Notes under the pieces: model-generated | Database searches by the model: none | Seen by the model: the letters and a program-made list of their open reading frames with translations, nothing else | Told to the model about the DNA's origin: nothing | NCBI GenBank assembly: GCA_002269645.1 | Contig: NIVC01000114.1 | Coordinates: 62,001-126,000 of the forward strand | Length of the DNA stretch: 64,000 nucleotides | Direction of reading: 5' to 3' | Origin: Macrostomum lignano | Taxonomy: Eukaryota | Position numbers and translations under genes: made by a program | Shown here: positions 46,910 to 60,100 of the stretch, piece by piece | Position numbering within the stretch: the first letter of the stretch is position 1 | Layout of the letters: each line of letters opens with the position of its first letter

Positions 46910-47659
46910 GACTAGAGAAGCTGGAGAGACTTGATGCAGCAGCCGGAGTCCTCAAAGTCGAGTCGCAAAGTCGAGGTCGGAAAAGGAAGGCCGAGTCAGA
47001 CTGACTGCGTGGTGCGGTGTTCGGTGCTGACACAAATTTCATGTACTTTGGGTTTGTTCAATCGAACTGTTTATTTTGCTGCATGCTGGCTTGATGATGG
47101 TTCTGCGCGTTCTGCCAATTTCTGTCTAATTTAGCAACTGAAAGGCTGCTTTGATTTGTCTGCTTTTTAGGAAATAAGCACATCGAGAGACATCAAATGC
47201 GAGCAGCCCTCCTGCTATGAGCTGCAGTTTTGCACATTTGTGCTGCAATTCAATTCACACTGCATGCTAAATTGCTTTTTCCATTCAAACTGCGTGTCTG
47301 CTTTGATGCGGGCTTTTCTCTGCGATTTTGTTCTGCAGACTTCAATACCCAATTGCCAATGCTTTAAATGAAATATTCAAGCCGAATGTGCAGGTAGCAG
47401 TTATCTGATGAACCTGGAAAATTTAAAGGTTGGCTGAGTCAGTGAGAAGCTGGAGAGACTTGATGCAGCAGCTTGAGTTGAACTCGTAATTTTGTAAGCT
47501 TTTCTGACATATTTCAGATGCACTCTTGTGTCTTAGGAATTTTTTGTCCGTTCTCTTGGTTTTTTAAGTACCAGTTTTGAGTACCTGCTCAATCAGCCTT
47601 CAAATTTATTACATCATGTACTTTCATCATGTTGTCGTGTACCCTGCAGCAACTGCCAG

Positions 47660-48828
47660 CCTGACAGCTGCCTCATGAACATTCAGTGACTGACAGCCTG
47701 ACAGCTCCCTCATGAACATTCAGTGACTGACAGCCTGACAGCTCCCTCATGAACATTCAGTGACTGACAGCCTGACAGCTCCCTCATGAACATTCAGTGA
47801 CTGACAGCCTGACAGCTCCCTCATGAGCATTCAGTGACTGACAGCCTGACAGCTCCCTCATGAACATTCAGTGACTGACAGCCTGACAGCTGCCTCATGA
47901 ACATTCAGTGACTGACAGCCTGACAGCTCCCTCATGAACATTCAGTGACTGACAGCCTGACAGCTCCCTAATGAACATTCAGTGACTGACAGCCTGACAG
48001 CTCCCTAATGAACATTCAGTGACTGACAGCCTGACAGCTCCCTCATGAACATTCACTGACTGACAGCCTGACAGCTGCCTCATGAACATTCAGTGACTGA
48101 CACCCTGACAGCTCCCTCATGAACATTCACTGACTGACAGCCTGACAGCTCCCTCATGAACATTCAGTGACTGACAGCCTGACAGCTGCCTCATGAGCAT
48201 TCAGTGACTGACAGCCTGACAGCTCCCTCATGAACATTCAGTGACTGACAGCCTGACAGCTCCCTCATGAGCATTCAGTGACTGACAGCCTGACAGCTCC
48301 CTCATGAACATTCAGTGACTGACAGCCTGACAGCTCCCTAATGAACATTCAGTGACTGACAGCCTGACAGCTCCCTCATGAACATTCAGTGACTGACAGC
48401 CTGACAGCTCCCTCATGAACATTCAGTGACTGACAGCCTGACAGCTCCCTCATGAACATTCACTGACTGACAGCCTGACAGCTGCCTCATGAGCATTCAC
48501 TGACTGACAGCCTGACAGCTGCCTCATGAGCATTCACTGACTGACAGCCTGACAGCTCCCTCATGAACATTCACTGACTGACAGCCTGACAGCTGCCTCA
48601 TGAGCATTCACTGACTGACAGCCTGACAGCTGCCTCATGAGCATTCACTGACTGACAGCCTGACAGCTCCCTCATGAACATTCAGTGACTGACAGCCTGA
48701 CAGCTCCCTCATGAACATTCACTGACTGACAGCCTGACAGCTCCCTCATGAACATTCAGTGACTGACAGCCTGACAGCTCCCTCATGAACATTCAGTGAC
48801 TGACAGCCTGACAGCTCCCTCATGAACA
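47660..48828. repeat. 37-bp minisatellite CATGAACATTCAGTGACTGACAGCCTGACAGCTCCCT
   Basis: Direct. Confidence 0.97.
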
Positions 48829-49529
48829 TCATCTCCGTCATGAAATTTTATTTTGTTTTTTTATTTCTGTTTAATATTTGTCAGAAAGCGATATGAATGA
48901 TAAAATTCCCTAATGTGTACTTCAGTACTAGAAGGTTTATATTATGTTTACCTGATTGTTACAGTTCGAAAATAGATTTGAAAATAATGGAAGAATTCGT
49001 GAATGAAGTCTCGAAATTTTCGACTTTTGCCCATAATGCTGCCTTTAAAGTGCGGCAAAGAGTTTTTTGGTTAAGGAAACAAAATTTGATTTTTTACGGC
49101 GGCACAACACGAGGATTGCATTGAATTCTGAATATAATATGATAATGATAAACCAAATCACAGGCAGATCCCTAAAGACAACAATAACACAAAACACATG
49201 GAACGCTGCGGGTCAAAAAAGGTCAGCCAGCACTTCATCAGCCAGCAGGCAGTCAACGAATCGCCTGTGGCTGCCTGCAGCGTCAACAGCAGCACCTCCT
49301 GAACTTCCGGCTGTGGGTGGCCACTCAACGCGGATGACTCGCTCTGAAGCATCTGAAGTGCAGCAGCCAGCGCCGCATCAGGCTGCGGTTCGAGCGAGTC
49401 CGTCAGAGTCCTGCGCTCGGCGTTGCCTGAGCTGCGCCGCCCTCTGACGGTCAGGCAAGGCTTCGGACTGCAGGGCCGCCCTCACACAGCCACAGGCAGC
49501 CATCATCTGTATTGATCTTCACGGACATC

Positions 49530-49820
49530 AGAAACCACTGACTCATCTGTATTGGCGCCACTGACTCATCTGTATTGGCGCCACTGACTCATCTGTATTG
49601 GCGCCACTGACTCATCTGTATTGATCTTCACGGACATCAGAAACCACTGACTCATCTGTATTGGCGCCACTGACTCATCTGTATTGGCGTCACTGACTCA
49701 TCTGTATGGCGCCACTGACTCATCTGTATTGGCGTCACTGACTCATCTGTATGGCGCCACTGACTCATCTGTATCGGCGCCACTGACTCATCTGTATCGG
49801 CGCCACTGACTCATCTGTAT
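49530..49820. repeat. 22-23 bp minisatellite GCCACTGACTCATCTGTATTGGC
   Basis: Direct. Confidence 0.92.
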
Positions 49821-49952
49821 CCGGTTGCTAAGGAAATCATCAAGCTAATCCGTTTGCTAAGGAAATCATCAAGCTGATCCGGTTGCTAAGGAAATCAAGC
49901 TTATCCAGTTGCTAAGGAAGTCATCAAGCTGATCCGGTTGCTAGGGAAATCC
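49816..49952. repeat. About 29-bp repeats ATCCGGTTGCTAAGGAAATCATCAAGCTG, inverted relative to 50822-51620
   Basis: Direct; core is the reverse complement of the downstream array core. Confidence 0.85.
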
Positions 49953-50821
49953 TGTTTCTATAGCAACGCTGCGTAAATCGAAATCTGAGAATGCTTCTTA
50001 GAAAGAGTGCTCAAACCCGAACAATTCTGCAACCCAGCTTCATTCCCCTGCATCATTCGCAACCAGAAATTCGAACCAATCCACGATATGAGCCATAACA
50101 AAATGCTCATAAGTTTAGGAACAGGGATGGTCAAGGGCACCTGGTCGTGTCACCTGGCCGAGGCTGGACGGCAGCGAGAGGACCCGATGAGAGCCTGGAG
50201 CGAGGGGACCAAAGTCAAGAAGTTAGCCCCAACATTGCGGACGCCAGCCTCTGTCAAAGACACCCACCACAGCTCGGCTCGCACCATCAGCAGCATCAAG
50301 GATCTCAGCAGTGCGCACATCAGCAATGAGCCGCTCAGCCCAGGACAGCCAAGACCAGCTCAGCAGGAGTTCATTGTGCTTCCCATGCTCAATTGTCTGC
50401 ACAAGTGAAAGTTAGAAAAGGTCAGCAGGAGTTCATTGTGCTTCCCACGCTCAATTGCTTGCACAAGTGAAAGTTGGAAAAGTTCAGCCGAATGAAGCTG
50501 GTTTGCACTGAGAACGTCTGGTTCTCACGGAAACTGCTGAGACCAGCGCCCAGGATCTGCGACAGCTGAGACTCTGGTGGAGCTGCCGGAGGATGCAGGA
50601 CGGCCGGGTCCGCTCAGGCCGTGTTCCCATAAATCTGGCTTGCAGACGTCCAAACTTTCTCACCAAATAAAATTGCCAGGCTTTCTTGCTGTTGCTTTTG
50701 AAAAGGAGGCGCGAGCGAACGCATATAACCACCTGTACTGACCAAAAATAAACCTCTTATAAACTGCCAGCCTTATTCAAATGCAAATCTCACATCTGAC
50801 ACCCAAAATTTACTCGGACCA

Positions 50822-51620
50822 ATCATTCCCCTAGCAACCTGATCCGGGATTCCCCTAGCAACCTGATCCGGGATTCCCCTAGCAACCTGATCAGGGATTC
50901 CTCTAGCAACCTAATCAGGGATTCCCCTAGCAAACCTGATCAGGGATTCCTCTAGCAACCTGATCTGGGATTCCCCAACAACCTGATCCGGGATTCCCTA
51001 ACAACCTGATCCGGGATTCCCTAACAACCTGATCCGGGATTCCCTAACAACCTGATCCGGGATTCCCTAACAACCTGATCCGGGATTCCCCTAGCAATCT
51101 GATCCGGGATTCCCCTAGCAACCTGATCCGGGATTCCCTAACAACCTGATCCGGGATTCCCTAACAACCTGATCCGGGATTCCCTAACAACCTGATCCGG
51201 GATTCCCCTAGCAACCTGATCCGGGATTCCCTAACAACCTGATCCGGGATTCCCTAACAACCTGATCCGGGATTCCCTAACAACCTGATCCGGGATTCCC
51301 CTAGCAACCTGATCCGGGATTCCCTAACAACCTGATCCGGGATTCCCTAACAACCTGATCCGGGATTCCCTAAGAACCTGATCCGAGATTCCCTAACAAC
51401 CTGATCCGGGATTCCCTAACAACCTGATCCGGGATTCCCCTAGCAATCTGATTAAGGATTCCCCTAGCAACCTGATCCGGGATTTCCCTAGACAACCTGA
51501 TTAAGGATTCCCCTAGCAACTTTATCCGGTATTCCCCTAGCAACCCTATTAAGGATTCCCCTAGCAACCCTATTAAGGATTCCCCTAGCAACCCGATCAA
51601 GGATTCCTCTAGCAACGCGA
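50822..51620. repeat. 22-23 bp minisatellite GGGATTCCC(C)TA(G/A)CAACCTGATCC
   Basis: Direct. Confidence 0.96.
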
Positions 51621-52199
51621 TCTGCTAATTATAGACATGTTTGATTAGCAATCAATGAATTTCCCTAGTATCCGGTTTTCGTGTTGGAAATAAAAAATGA
51701 AATGCTTTCCCAGAGCGCCATTGGTGACTGAAGGTACCCAATGAACACAGCTTCTCCTTCCCGACTACAGCAATGAGGCAGCACAGAATGGGCCATGGCT
51801 GATGACGCATTGGCAGTCACTGATGCAGCACTAAAGGGCCAGCAAATGCACATAATAGCTGATGCTGGGCCAGCATTGATACTCACAGCAACTGAACTCA
51901 AATAATGGCATTTTTACACTAACTGTGCTCATAAATAATCTGTCTCAGTTCTGGCTCATAGACACAATCACACAGGGTGCACAGCGGCCCTGACTGTCTA
52001 ATCGGCAGGCATGTACACCCTCTGTGGCCTGGGGGTTGGCGGTACACGAGCTGCAACTCCATCAATCTTTAGTCACTACTGACTACTGCTTTTTAAGATT
52101 GTTAGTATTAGGTAAGGAGAATGCTCAGCATAATTATTATTTTATAACTGTCTGGTATTATGAGAGGTGTATTGACAAAAATAATAAAACATCTTCACG

Positions 52200-52280
52200 C
52201 ACGGGCGTGGAGGTTCCGCCTCTCCTGCGACTCTCCGCCTCGCTTCTCATTCCTTCCCGAGTTCACGCAGACTCTGCTCT
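52200..52280 (+). pseudogene. About 80-bp relic of a cGLR exon-4 C-terminal segment
   Basis: GGGCGTGGAGGTTCCGCCTCTCCTGCGACTCTCCGCCTCGCTTCTCATTCCTTCCCGAGTTCACGCAGACTCTG is nearly identical to 46352-46427 (AWRFCLPCDSPPRFPFLPEFTQTL). Confidence 0.8.
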
Positions 52281-52556
52281 CGTGAGATGCTGCTCAGCTG
52301 TGGCAAACCCAGACGGTGTCGGCATATCGACCAGGTGAAGCCTTGGCGGTCTAAACGACTAAAGGCTGGGGATTCCAGCTGCCTGTTTGTTGCATCAAGC
52401 TCCGGGTTTTCTGATTGGTCGAACCCGGGATGACCAGCTCGACTCTGATTGGCTGAGCTCGAAACTCTGAAATCCTCTCGACCTTTGAGACCCCATTGGA
52501 CTTGGCAGGTGCGAGCAGAAATCATAAAAATGGGTAAGGCTAGCCAACAAGGTGAA

Positions 52557-52870
52557 AGATAGGTGATCATATATCAACTGTGACAGGTAGGTGATCATAT
52601 ATCTAATGTGACAGGTAGGTGATCATATATCAAATGTGACAGGTAGGTGATCATATATCAAATGTGACAGGTAGGTGATCATATATCGACAGATAAGCCA
52701 CTCAACAAAAGTAGATACCGCAGAAACCATTGACTCCTATTGACCCCATTGACCCCATTGACCCCATTGACCCCATTGACCCCATTGACCCCATCGACCT
52801 CATTGACCCCGTTGACCCCATCGACCTCATTGACCCCGTTGACCCCATTGATCCCATTGACCCCATTGAG
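52557..52870. repeat. 28-bp repeat GACAGGTAGGTGATCATATATCAAATGT followed by 9-bp TTGACCCCA array
   Basis: Direct. Confidence 0.9.
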
Positions 52871-52889
52871 CCCCTTAGAGTGAGTCTTC

Positions 52890-53402
52890 AATGAGTGAGT
52901 CACCAATGTGGCCTCAGCTCACAGTCACCAATGAGTGAGTCACCAATCCGGCCTCAGCTCACAGTCACCAATGAGTGAGTCACCAATCTGGCCTCAGCTC
53001 ACAGTCACCAATGAGTGAGTCACCAATGTGGCCTCAGCTCACAGTCACCAATGAGTGAGTCACCAATGTGGCCTCAGCTCACAGTCACCAATGAGTGAGT
53101 CACCAATCTGGCCTCAGCTCACAGTCACCAATGAGTGAGACACCAATCTGGCCTCAGCTCACAGTCACCAATGAGTGAGTCACCAATCTGGCCTCAGCTC
53201 ACAGTCACCAATGAGTGAGTCACCAATCTGACCTGAGCTCACAGTCACCAATGAGTGAGTCACCAATCTGGCCTCAGCTCACAGTCACCAATGAGTGAGT
53301 CACCAATCTGGCCTGAGCTCACAGTCACCAATGAGTGAGTCACCAATCTGACCTGAGCTCACAGTCACCAATGAGTGAGTCACCAATCTGGCCTCAGCTC
53401 AC
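52890..53402. repeat. 40-bp minisatellite CACCAATGAGTGAGTCACCAATCTGGCCTCAGCTCACAGT
   Basis: Direct. Confidence 0.96.
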
Positions 53403-53430
53403 TCCAGTGTGCCAATTCCATGGCGCCAAT

Positions 53431-53970
53431 AGGGCGCCAATGCCAGGCCGCAGTGAAGGGGCAGCAGGAAAAGGGCGCCAATGCCAGGCCGCAGTGAAGG
53501 GGCAGCAGGAAAAGGGCGCCAATGCCAGGCCGCAGTGAAGGGGCAGCAGGAAAAGGGCGCCAATGCCAGGCCGCAGTGAAGGGGCAGCAGGAAAAGGGCG
53601 CCAATGCCAGGCCGCAATGCAGGGGCAGCAGGAAAAGGGCGCCAATGCCAGGCCGCAATGCAGGGGCAGCAGGAAAAGGGCGCCAATGCCAGGCCGCAAT
53701 GCAGGGGCAGCAGGAAAAGGGCGCCAATGCCAGGCCGCAATGCAGGGGCAGCAGGAAAAGGGCGCCAATGCCAGGCCGCAATGCAGGGGCAGCAGGAAAA
53801 GGGCGCCAATGCCAGGCCGCAATGCAGGGGCAGCAGGAAAAGGGCGCCAATGCCAGGCCGCAATGCAGGGGCAGCAGGAAAAGGGCGCCAATGCCAGGCC
53901 GCAATGCAGCGGCAGCAGCAAAAGGGCGCCAATGCCAGGCCGCAATGCAGTGGCAGCAGCAAAAGGGCGC
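53431..53970. repeat. 41-bp GC-rich minisatellite GGGCGCCAATGCCAGGCCGCAATGCAGGGGCAGCAGGAAAA
   Basis: Direct; source of the overlapping ORFs 53380-54342. Confidence 0.96.
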
Positions 53971-56900
53971 CGTGGCTGCGGTGCAGAGGCTGCATTTGAG
54001 CGCCGGTCCTCAGCGGCTGTCCTGGCGGGGTCGCCAGAAGGGCAGCTCAAAACTTCAGTGCTTCCGCAGCAGCCCCTCAGCTCAGCCCAGTGGATTCGCC
54101 CCTGCTGCAAAATGGCTGAGTCCCGCACTGCTCAAACTCAAACTGCTGCAGGATGGTGGAAGCAAGAGGAGAGCAAATGCTCTGTGGCAGGTGGGCGAGC
54201 GGTCAGCCCTGGCAACACGGGAGACATAGGAGCGGTCAGCCCTAGCAACACGGGAGACATAGGAGCGGTCAGCCATGGCAACACGGGAGACAGGAGCGGT
54301 CAGAACAAAAAAGTGTTCTGCATCACAAATTTTCATGGTTGAGTTTTATAACATAGTGAAAATATTTTCTTTGAAACTTCCCCTACCATAAACACTGAGC
54401 TCGTGCTCAGTTTCCACTGAAACTCAGTTGTGTTATGTAGTATTGTGAGCAGACAGTCAGCTGCCTCCGCCAATCTTCACAAGCTGCTCTTTGGAAACGA
54501 ACCGGCCTGGGCCGCCTAAGCCTTCCACGTCTGCTGCGCTCCCCGGCCAGCTCATCCATTGTTTTGGGGTGGACCAGAGGTTCCGCTTTCCAATGTGCGT
54601 TTCAGCCCCACTTCTGCCAGTACGCAGCCAAGTTCTACTCAATTGTCTGAGGGTAGGGATTACCTGCAGTTTCCCTGTCAGCCATCCGGATGTACGGGAA
54701 TGAATTTCTGTGACGGCTGCGTAAGCTCCGTTTCCCTCCCAGCCTTCCCTCCAGCTCTCCCCTGCATTGTTTGGTCTTCCTACCTCTGACCCTCTGTCTC
54801 TTCATTTCATCAAGTACCGTGTTTGCTTGCTGCAGAGCCTCCTGTCTGCTTTTGCGAGTTCCGCCTTCTCTGCAAACTGTGAGTCTCTGCCTGCCGCTCC
54901 ATCTGCAGATTGACGAGTTCAAAATCATAACTGGCAATCGGTGAGTCCTGCTCTGCCCTGCTTCAGTCTGCTGGGCTGGCATTGGAGTGAGCTGTCAGTT
55001 AGGCTTGCGATTAGGCTGGGAAAATGTGCTGACGCCCCCGGCGCTAACGAAGCCGTCACAGCCTCACAGTCACTTCAATATGGGGCCGGATGATTAGCAG
55101 AAGCTGACTGACCATCTCACATTCCTACAGATAACTGATAACCCAATTAACTGTTTAAATTGGTGCCACTTGAAACAACAGCGGTTATAACAAAGGATAA
55201 TAATAATTAGAGACACGCAGACGATATACTACTGTCAGTAGGGTGAGCCGTCACTTTGAACAGCCGGTCAGGTCGCTTATAAATATGAATAAAAAACAGA
55301 GCTGGCAGTGGGAGAAGCCCGGACCGGTGCGGCCGGCTTTGAGACTCGCCGCACAGCAGGGGGCCGGCAGGTTGCATTTCTAACAGGCAACCAGCACACT
55401 GTAACACCCTGATTCTATGATATTGTGCATGACTGTCGATTTGTTGACGGTATTGTCTGTGTCTGCTGTCTACAACTGGATGATATTGTATTTTTCGAGC
55501 CATTAAATTTCTTCTCAGTCCCCAAAACGAGGACTCAGAAATGATAGGTTGAGGACTCAGAAACGATAGGTTGAGGACTCAGAAAGAAACGATTTTAGGA
55601 CTTAAACGATTCAATCGTCTCATACGAGTAGAAGCAAGATGAATACAAAAGTGCAACAACGAGGCAACAAGTAGTTAAAAGTGGCAAAAATTGTCCAAAA
55701 GTTCATCACATTATTAACTGTGTAAATGTAGACAGTCACTCCTATGCAACAGCTGAATTAAAGCATTGCACTTGCTCCCATCCTGTTTGCGCTTTTCGAA
55801 AAAGAATCGCCTCAGAAGATATTTCCAACTGCCTCGACTCGGTTCTTCAATCGGTTTGGAGACAAGAAGTGCTTTGGTTTCACCTTGCAAATCTGTGCAA
55901 TCTCATGAGGTCACGCAAATTGTTAAGATGAGGAGCCAGCACTGAATGTATGACTCTGTCTGCCTCTGTCTATGCTAGTCTGGCCAAAATGAGATAGCCA
56001 TATGCGTTTCCAACCCTCTTCTCCTGCCAATGCGCTGTCAAATTGTACTCATTGGTGTGCGGGCAGGGCCTTCTTTCCTGTGCTCTGTGCTTGCACCATC
56101 AGCCCTCCTGTCGTGCGGGAATGACTTTCTGTGACGGCTTTGTACGCTCGTTTCGACAAGCGCTCACTCTGCTGTGCATTTCTGTGCTTTGCTTGACTTT
56201 TGGCTTGCCATTCTCTTCCAGATTGCTTTCCAACCAGCGTTCAATTCCACTATAGCAGCCCACCATAATTTATTTGGTCTCTTCTTTTTCCACAAGTACC
56301 GTGTTTGGTTATTGCAGAGCGCCCTGTCTGCTTTTGAGAGTTGTGCTTTCTCTGCAAGTCTCTGCTGCCAGCAGCCTTGCGAGTTCAGAACTGGCCATCG
56401 GTGAGTCCTGCACTGCCCTGCTGCAGTCTGCTGTGTTGGCGTTGGAGTGAGCTGTCGATTTCCCACTCACTGAATCCTTTACTCTGAATTCACAGACTGG
56501 CTTCTCCTTCTCTTCTCCCTCCTTCTTCCCCTCTTCTTTCCCCTGTTTTTCTCGCTCCCCTCTTTCTCCCTCGAGTTCAGGTTTACTCTGGGCTGAGACC
56601 TGACCACTGTGACTACTTAAACCGCTCAGTAGGAGAGATTTTAAGATCTCAGACTGCACTGAGGCACAGTGTGTCAGCTCAGCTTCATCAAGTACAGCTT
56701 GGCGTGGCCGCTGCAACCGCAGACTCTCCGTTGCCATGCTGGGTGCACAGAGGCGAAGGCGGCGACTCAGCGCTCATGCTCGGGAGAGAAGTTTCGGCTG
56801 CTCAGGCCGGGGTGGTCGGCCTCGCATGAGACTACAGAGTGTGGGCAGCTGAGAGACTTTGGCAACCTGTTGCACATACGTTTGAAATGCATGCCTCTCT

Positions 56901-57100
56901 GACTGCAGCCGTGACTGACATCTGCCACTCTGACAACATCTAGGAATCATTAGGTATTCCCTTCACAAGTCTTCAAAATCACGACGCCACCCTTTTTCTC
57001 TCTGACCGTTTCTCTAAATCCATTAAAGTACTCGTAATAAACCAGAAGAAAACTATTTACGTACCTTCTAGATGAAGCACGCATCAGCACACCAAGCGAA

Positions 57101-60100
57101 ATGAGCCAACAGGTCAGATCCGATGAGGCCGCCAAGACAGGAAATATCCAGGCACTCCAACATCATCTGGACCTTCAGAGAGAGACAAACAGAAAATATC
57201 TTTTTTGCAAAAGGTATTCTAAACTTGCCGCAAGAAAGGGTCAGTTAAAAGTAGTCAAGTTTCTCGTCTCTAAAGTCGCTGACCCAACAAGAAGAGATCG
57301 GTGCTGCATCGAGGCTGCAGAATCTGCTGCATACAATGATCAGTGGGATGTCATCAAGATTCTCGTGCCTAAAGTCGCGGACCAAAAAAAAAGATATGAT
57401 TGCTGCATCGAGGCAGCTAAATGTGCTGCACACAAAGGTAAGATAGAAGTCGTCAAGTTTCTCGTGCCGACAGTCGCTGACCAGACAAAAAGAGATCAGT
57501 GCTGCATCAAGGCTGCCACATCTGCTGCAAGAAATGGTCAGTTAGAGGTCGTCAAGTTTCTCGTGCCTGAAGTCGCTGTCCAAACAAAAAGATATGATTG
57601 CTGCATCGAGGCTGCCACATCTGCTGCAATAAATGGTCACTTAGAAGTCGTCAAGTTTCTCGTGCCGACAGTCGCTGACCAAACAAAAAGAGATCAGTGC
57701 TGCATCAAGGCTGCTAAATCTGCTGCAAGAAAAGGTCAGTTAGAAGTCGTCAAGTTTCTCGTGCTGACAGTCGCAGACCAAACAAAAAGAGATCAGTGCT
57801 GCATCAAGGCTGCTAAATCTGCTGCAAGAAATGGTCACTTAGAAGTCGTCAAGTTTCTCGTGCTGACAGTCGCAGACCAAACAAAAAGAGATCAGTGCTG
57901 CATCAAGGCTGCAGAATCTGCTGCTGACAATTGTCAGTGGGAAGTCGTCAAGTTTCTCGTGCCGACAGTCGTTGAACAAACAAAAAGAGATCAGTGCTGC
58001 ATCAAGGCTGTCAAATCTGCTGCTGACAATTGTCAGTGGAAAGTCGTCAAGTTTCTCGTGCCGACAGTCGTTGACCAAACAAAAAGAGATCAGTGCTGCA
58101 TCAAGGCTGCGAGAATAGCTGTAATCAGTGGTCAGTGGGAAGTCGTCAAGTTTCTCGTGCCGACAGTCGCTGACCAAACTAGAAGAGATCAGTGCTGCAT
58201 CGAGGCTGCTGAAACTGCTGCTGACAATTATCATTGGGAAGTCGTTAAGTTTCTTGTGCTGACAGTCGCTGACCAAAGAAAAAGAAATCAGTACTGCATC
58301 CAGGCTGCACAATATGCTACAGAAAAGAATCAAGGAGAAGCGGTTGATTTTCTCATCTCGTGTCTCTCAAGTCCGGATCAGAGAGCGAATCTCCGTATCC
58401 ATTGCGCAGTCACGGCTTGCTCTCGTCTTCACGAAGATGTCGTTGCCTCCCTCGGCCTCGAGCCCGAATGGCTCTTCCAATCCAGCAACATCCTCAACTT
58501 CACCGCAGCAATGGCCATCGAAGGCAGGAACTCTGTTCTCAACGACACCCTCTCTCGAATGCAGCCACCTCACATCACACAGCTGCTCCGTCTCTCCATC
58601 TCTCAAAGATACGTCGCTCTTGCTGTCACACTGATCAATGATGAGCGAGTCAGCACAGAGCATGTCGATCTGCCAGACAGCACTGGAGCCACTGCTCTCA
58701 TGCTGGCAGCTGATGCAGGTCATCACGAGCTCATTGAGAAACTCATCGATCTCGGCGCGTCAGTGCGTGCTGAAGACAGTCAGGGTCGGACTGCTCTGTC
58801 ACGAGCGTGCGAAGCCGGTCAGGTGCGAGCAGCCAAGGCTCTGATGGACAGAGGAGCGGATGAGAGTCATCGAGACGGTCGGGGTCAGACGTGTGCGCAG
58901 GTGGCAGAGCGATTCGAGCGGCGGGAGGTGCTGCGGCTGCTGGATCCCATTGGAGCGGGGTGAGTGTTGGTCTAGGCAAAACTGAGCCAGGTCATGTTTG
59001 CAAGCGAAGAAGACTACGATTGAACAGAACCATGCTCACTGGCAAGCGCAAATGTACAAACTGTTAAGGGTAAAACGATAGCGCGCAAGAATGACCAGTC
59101 ACGGGAGGGAGAGAGAGAGAAAGTGACAGTGAAACAACGTGAAAACTAAAGTACAACTCGAACATTGAGTGAGGCGGGAATTTCGCGAACATCTTTTTAT
59201 GATATTATTTTTTTAAGCTAAGCACTATAAATCTAGTGCCCCCTTACGGGGCGCACAATAAGCAATCAAAGAACCAATTCCTTCTTCTGTTTTATAAATC
59301 ACCTTGTTCGAGTAAAATTGTCACGGACAAAGATGTTTGCTAAGAATCTCTATTTTGTGAAAGTAACAAAAATACGAAAAAATACAACAAAAAAGCCTTC
59401 ACAAAGACAACACGCATTTGTCCTAATAAAATCTATAACTCAGACCGCAAGCATCCCCCTAAATAGCAAGCATCCTCCGGTAGCATGCACCCCTTCCCAG
59501 ATAGCAAGTACCCCCAGATGGAGAGCAACCCAGACAGAAAGCATCCTACCCCCCCCCCCCCCCCAAGATACAAAGCATACGCCCAATTACAACAGCAAGC
59601 ACCCCCCAAACAATAGCAAGAACCCCAAAATACAATCCCAAGTATCCCCCAGATAGCATACCCCAAGATGGCAAGATCCTTAGCAATAATCCTTAGTTCA
59701 TCAAGTGCAGTAATCCTTGGTTTATCAAGTACAATAATCATTAGTTTATCAAGTGCAGTAATCCTTGGTTCATTAGGTGCAATAATCCTTAGTTCATCAA
59801 GTGCAGTAATCCTTAGTTCATTAAGTGCAATAATCCTTGGTTTATCAAGTGCAATAATCCTTGGTTTATCAAGTGCAGTAATCCTTGGTTTATCAAGTGC
59901 AGTAATCCTTGGCTTATTAAGTGCAGTAATCCTTGGTTTATCAAGTGCAGTAATCCTTGGTTTATCAAGTGCAGTAATCCTTGGTTTATCAAGTGCAATA
60001 ATCATTAGTTTATCAAGTGCAGTAATCCTTGGTTTATCAATTGCAAGAATCATTGGTTTATCAAGTGCAGTAATCCTTGGTTCATTAAGGCAATAATCCT

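Noticed and set aside
49150-50700. GC-balanced, exon-looking segments (49150-49500, 50000-50700)
   Set aside because: No recognisable motif in any frame by manual translation and no consistent splice model; left unannotated pending BLASTX.
53380-54342. Overlapping 130-260 aa ORFs on both strands
   Set aside because: Products of a 41-bp GC-rich tandem repeat.
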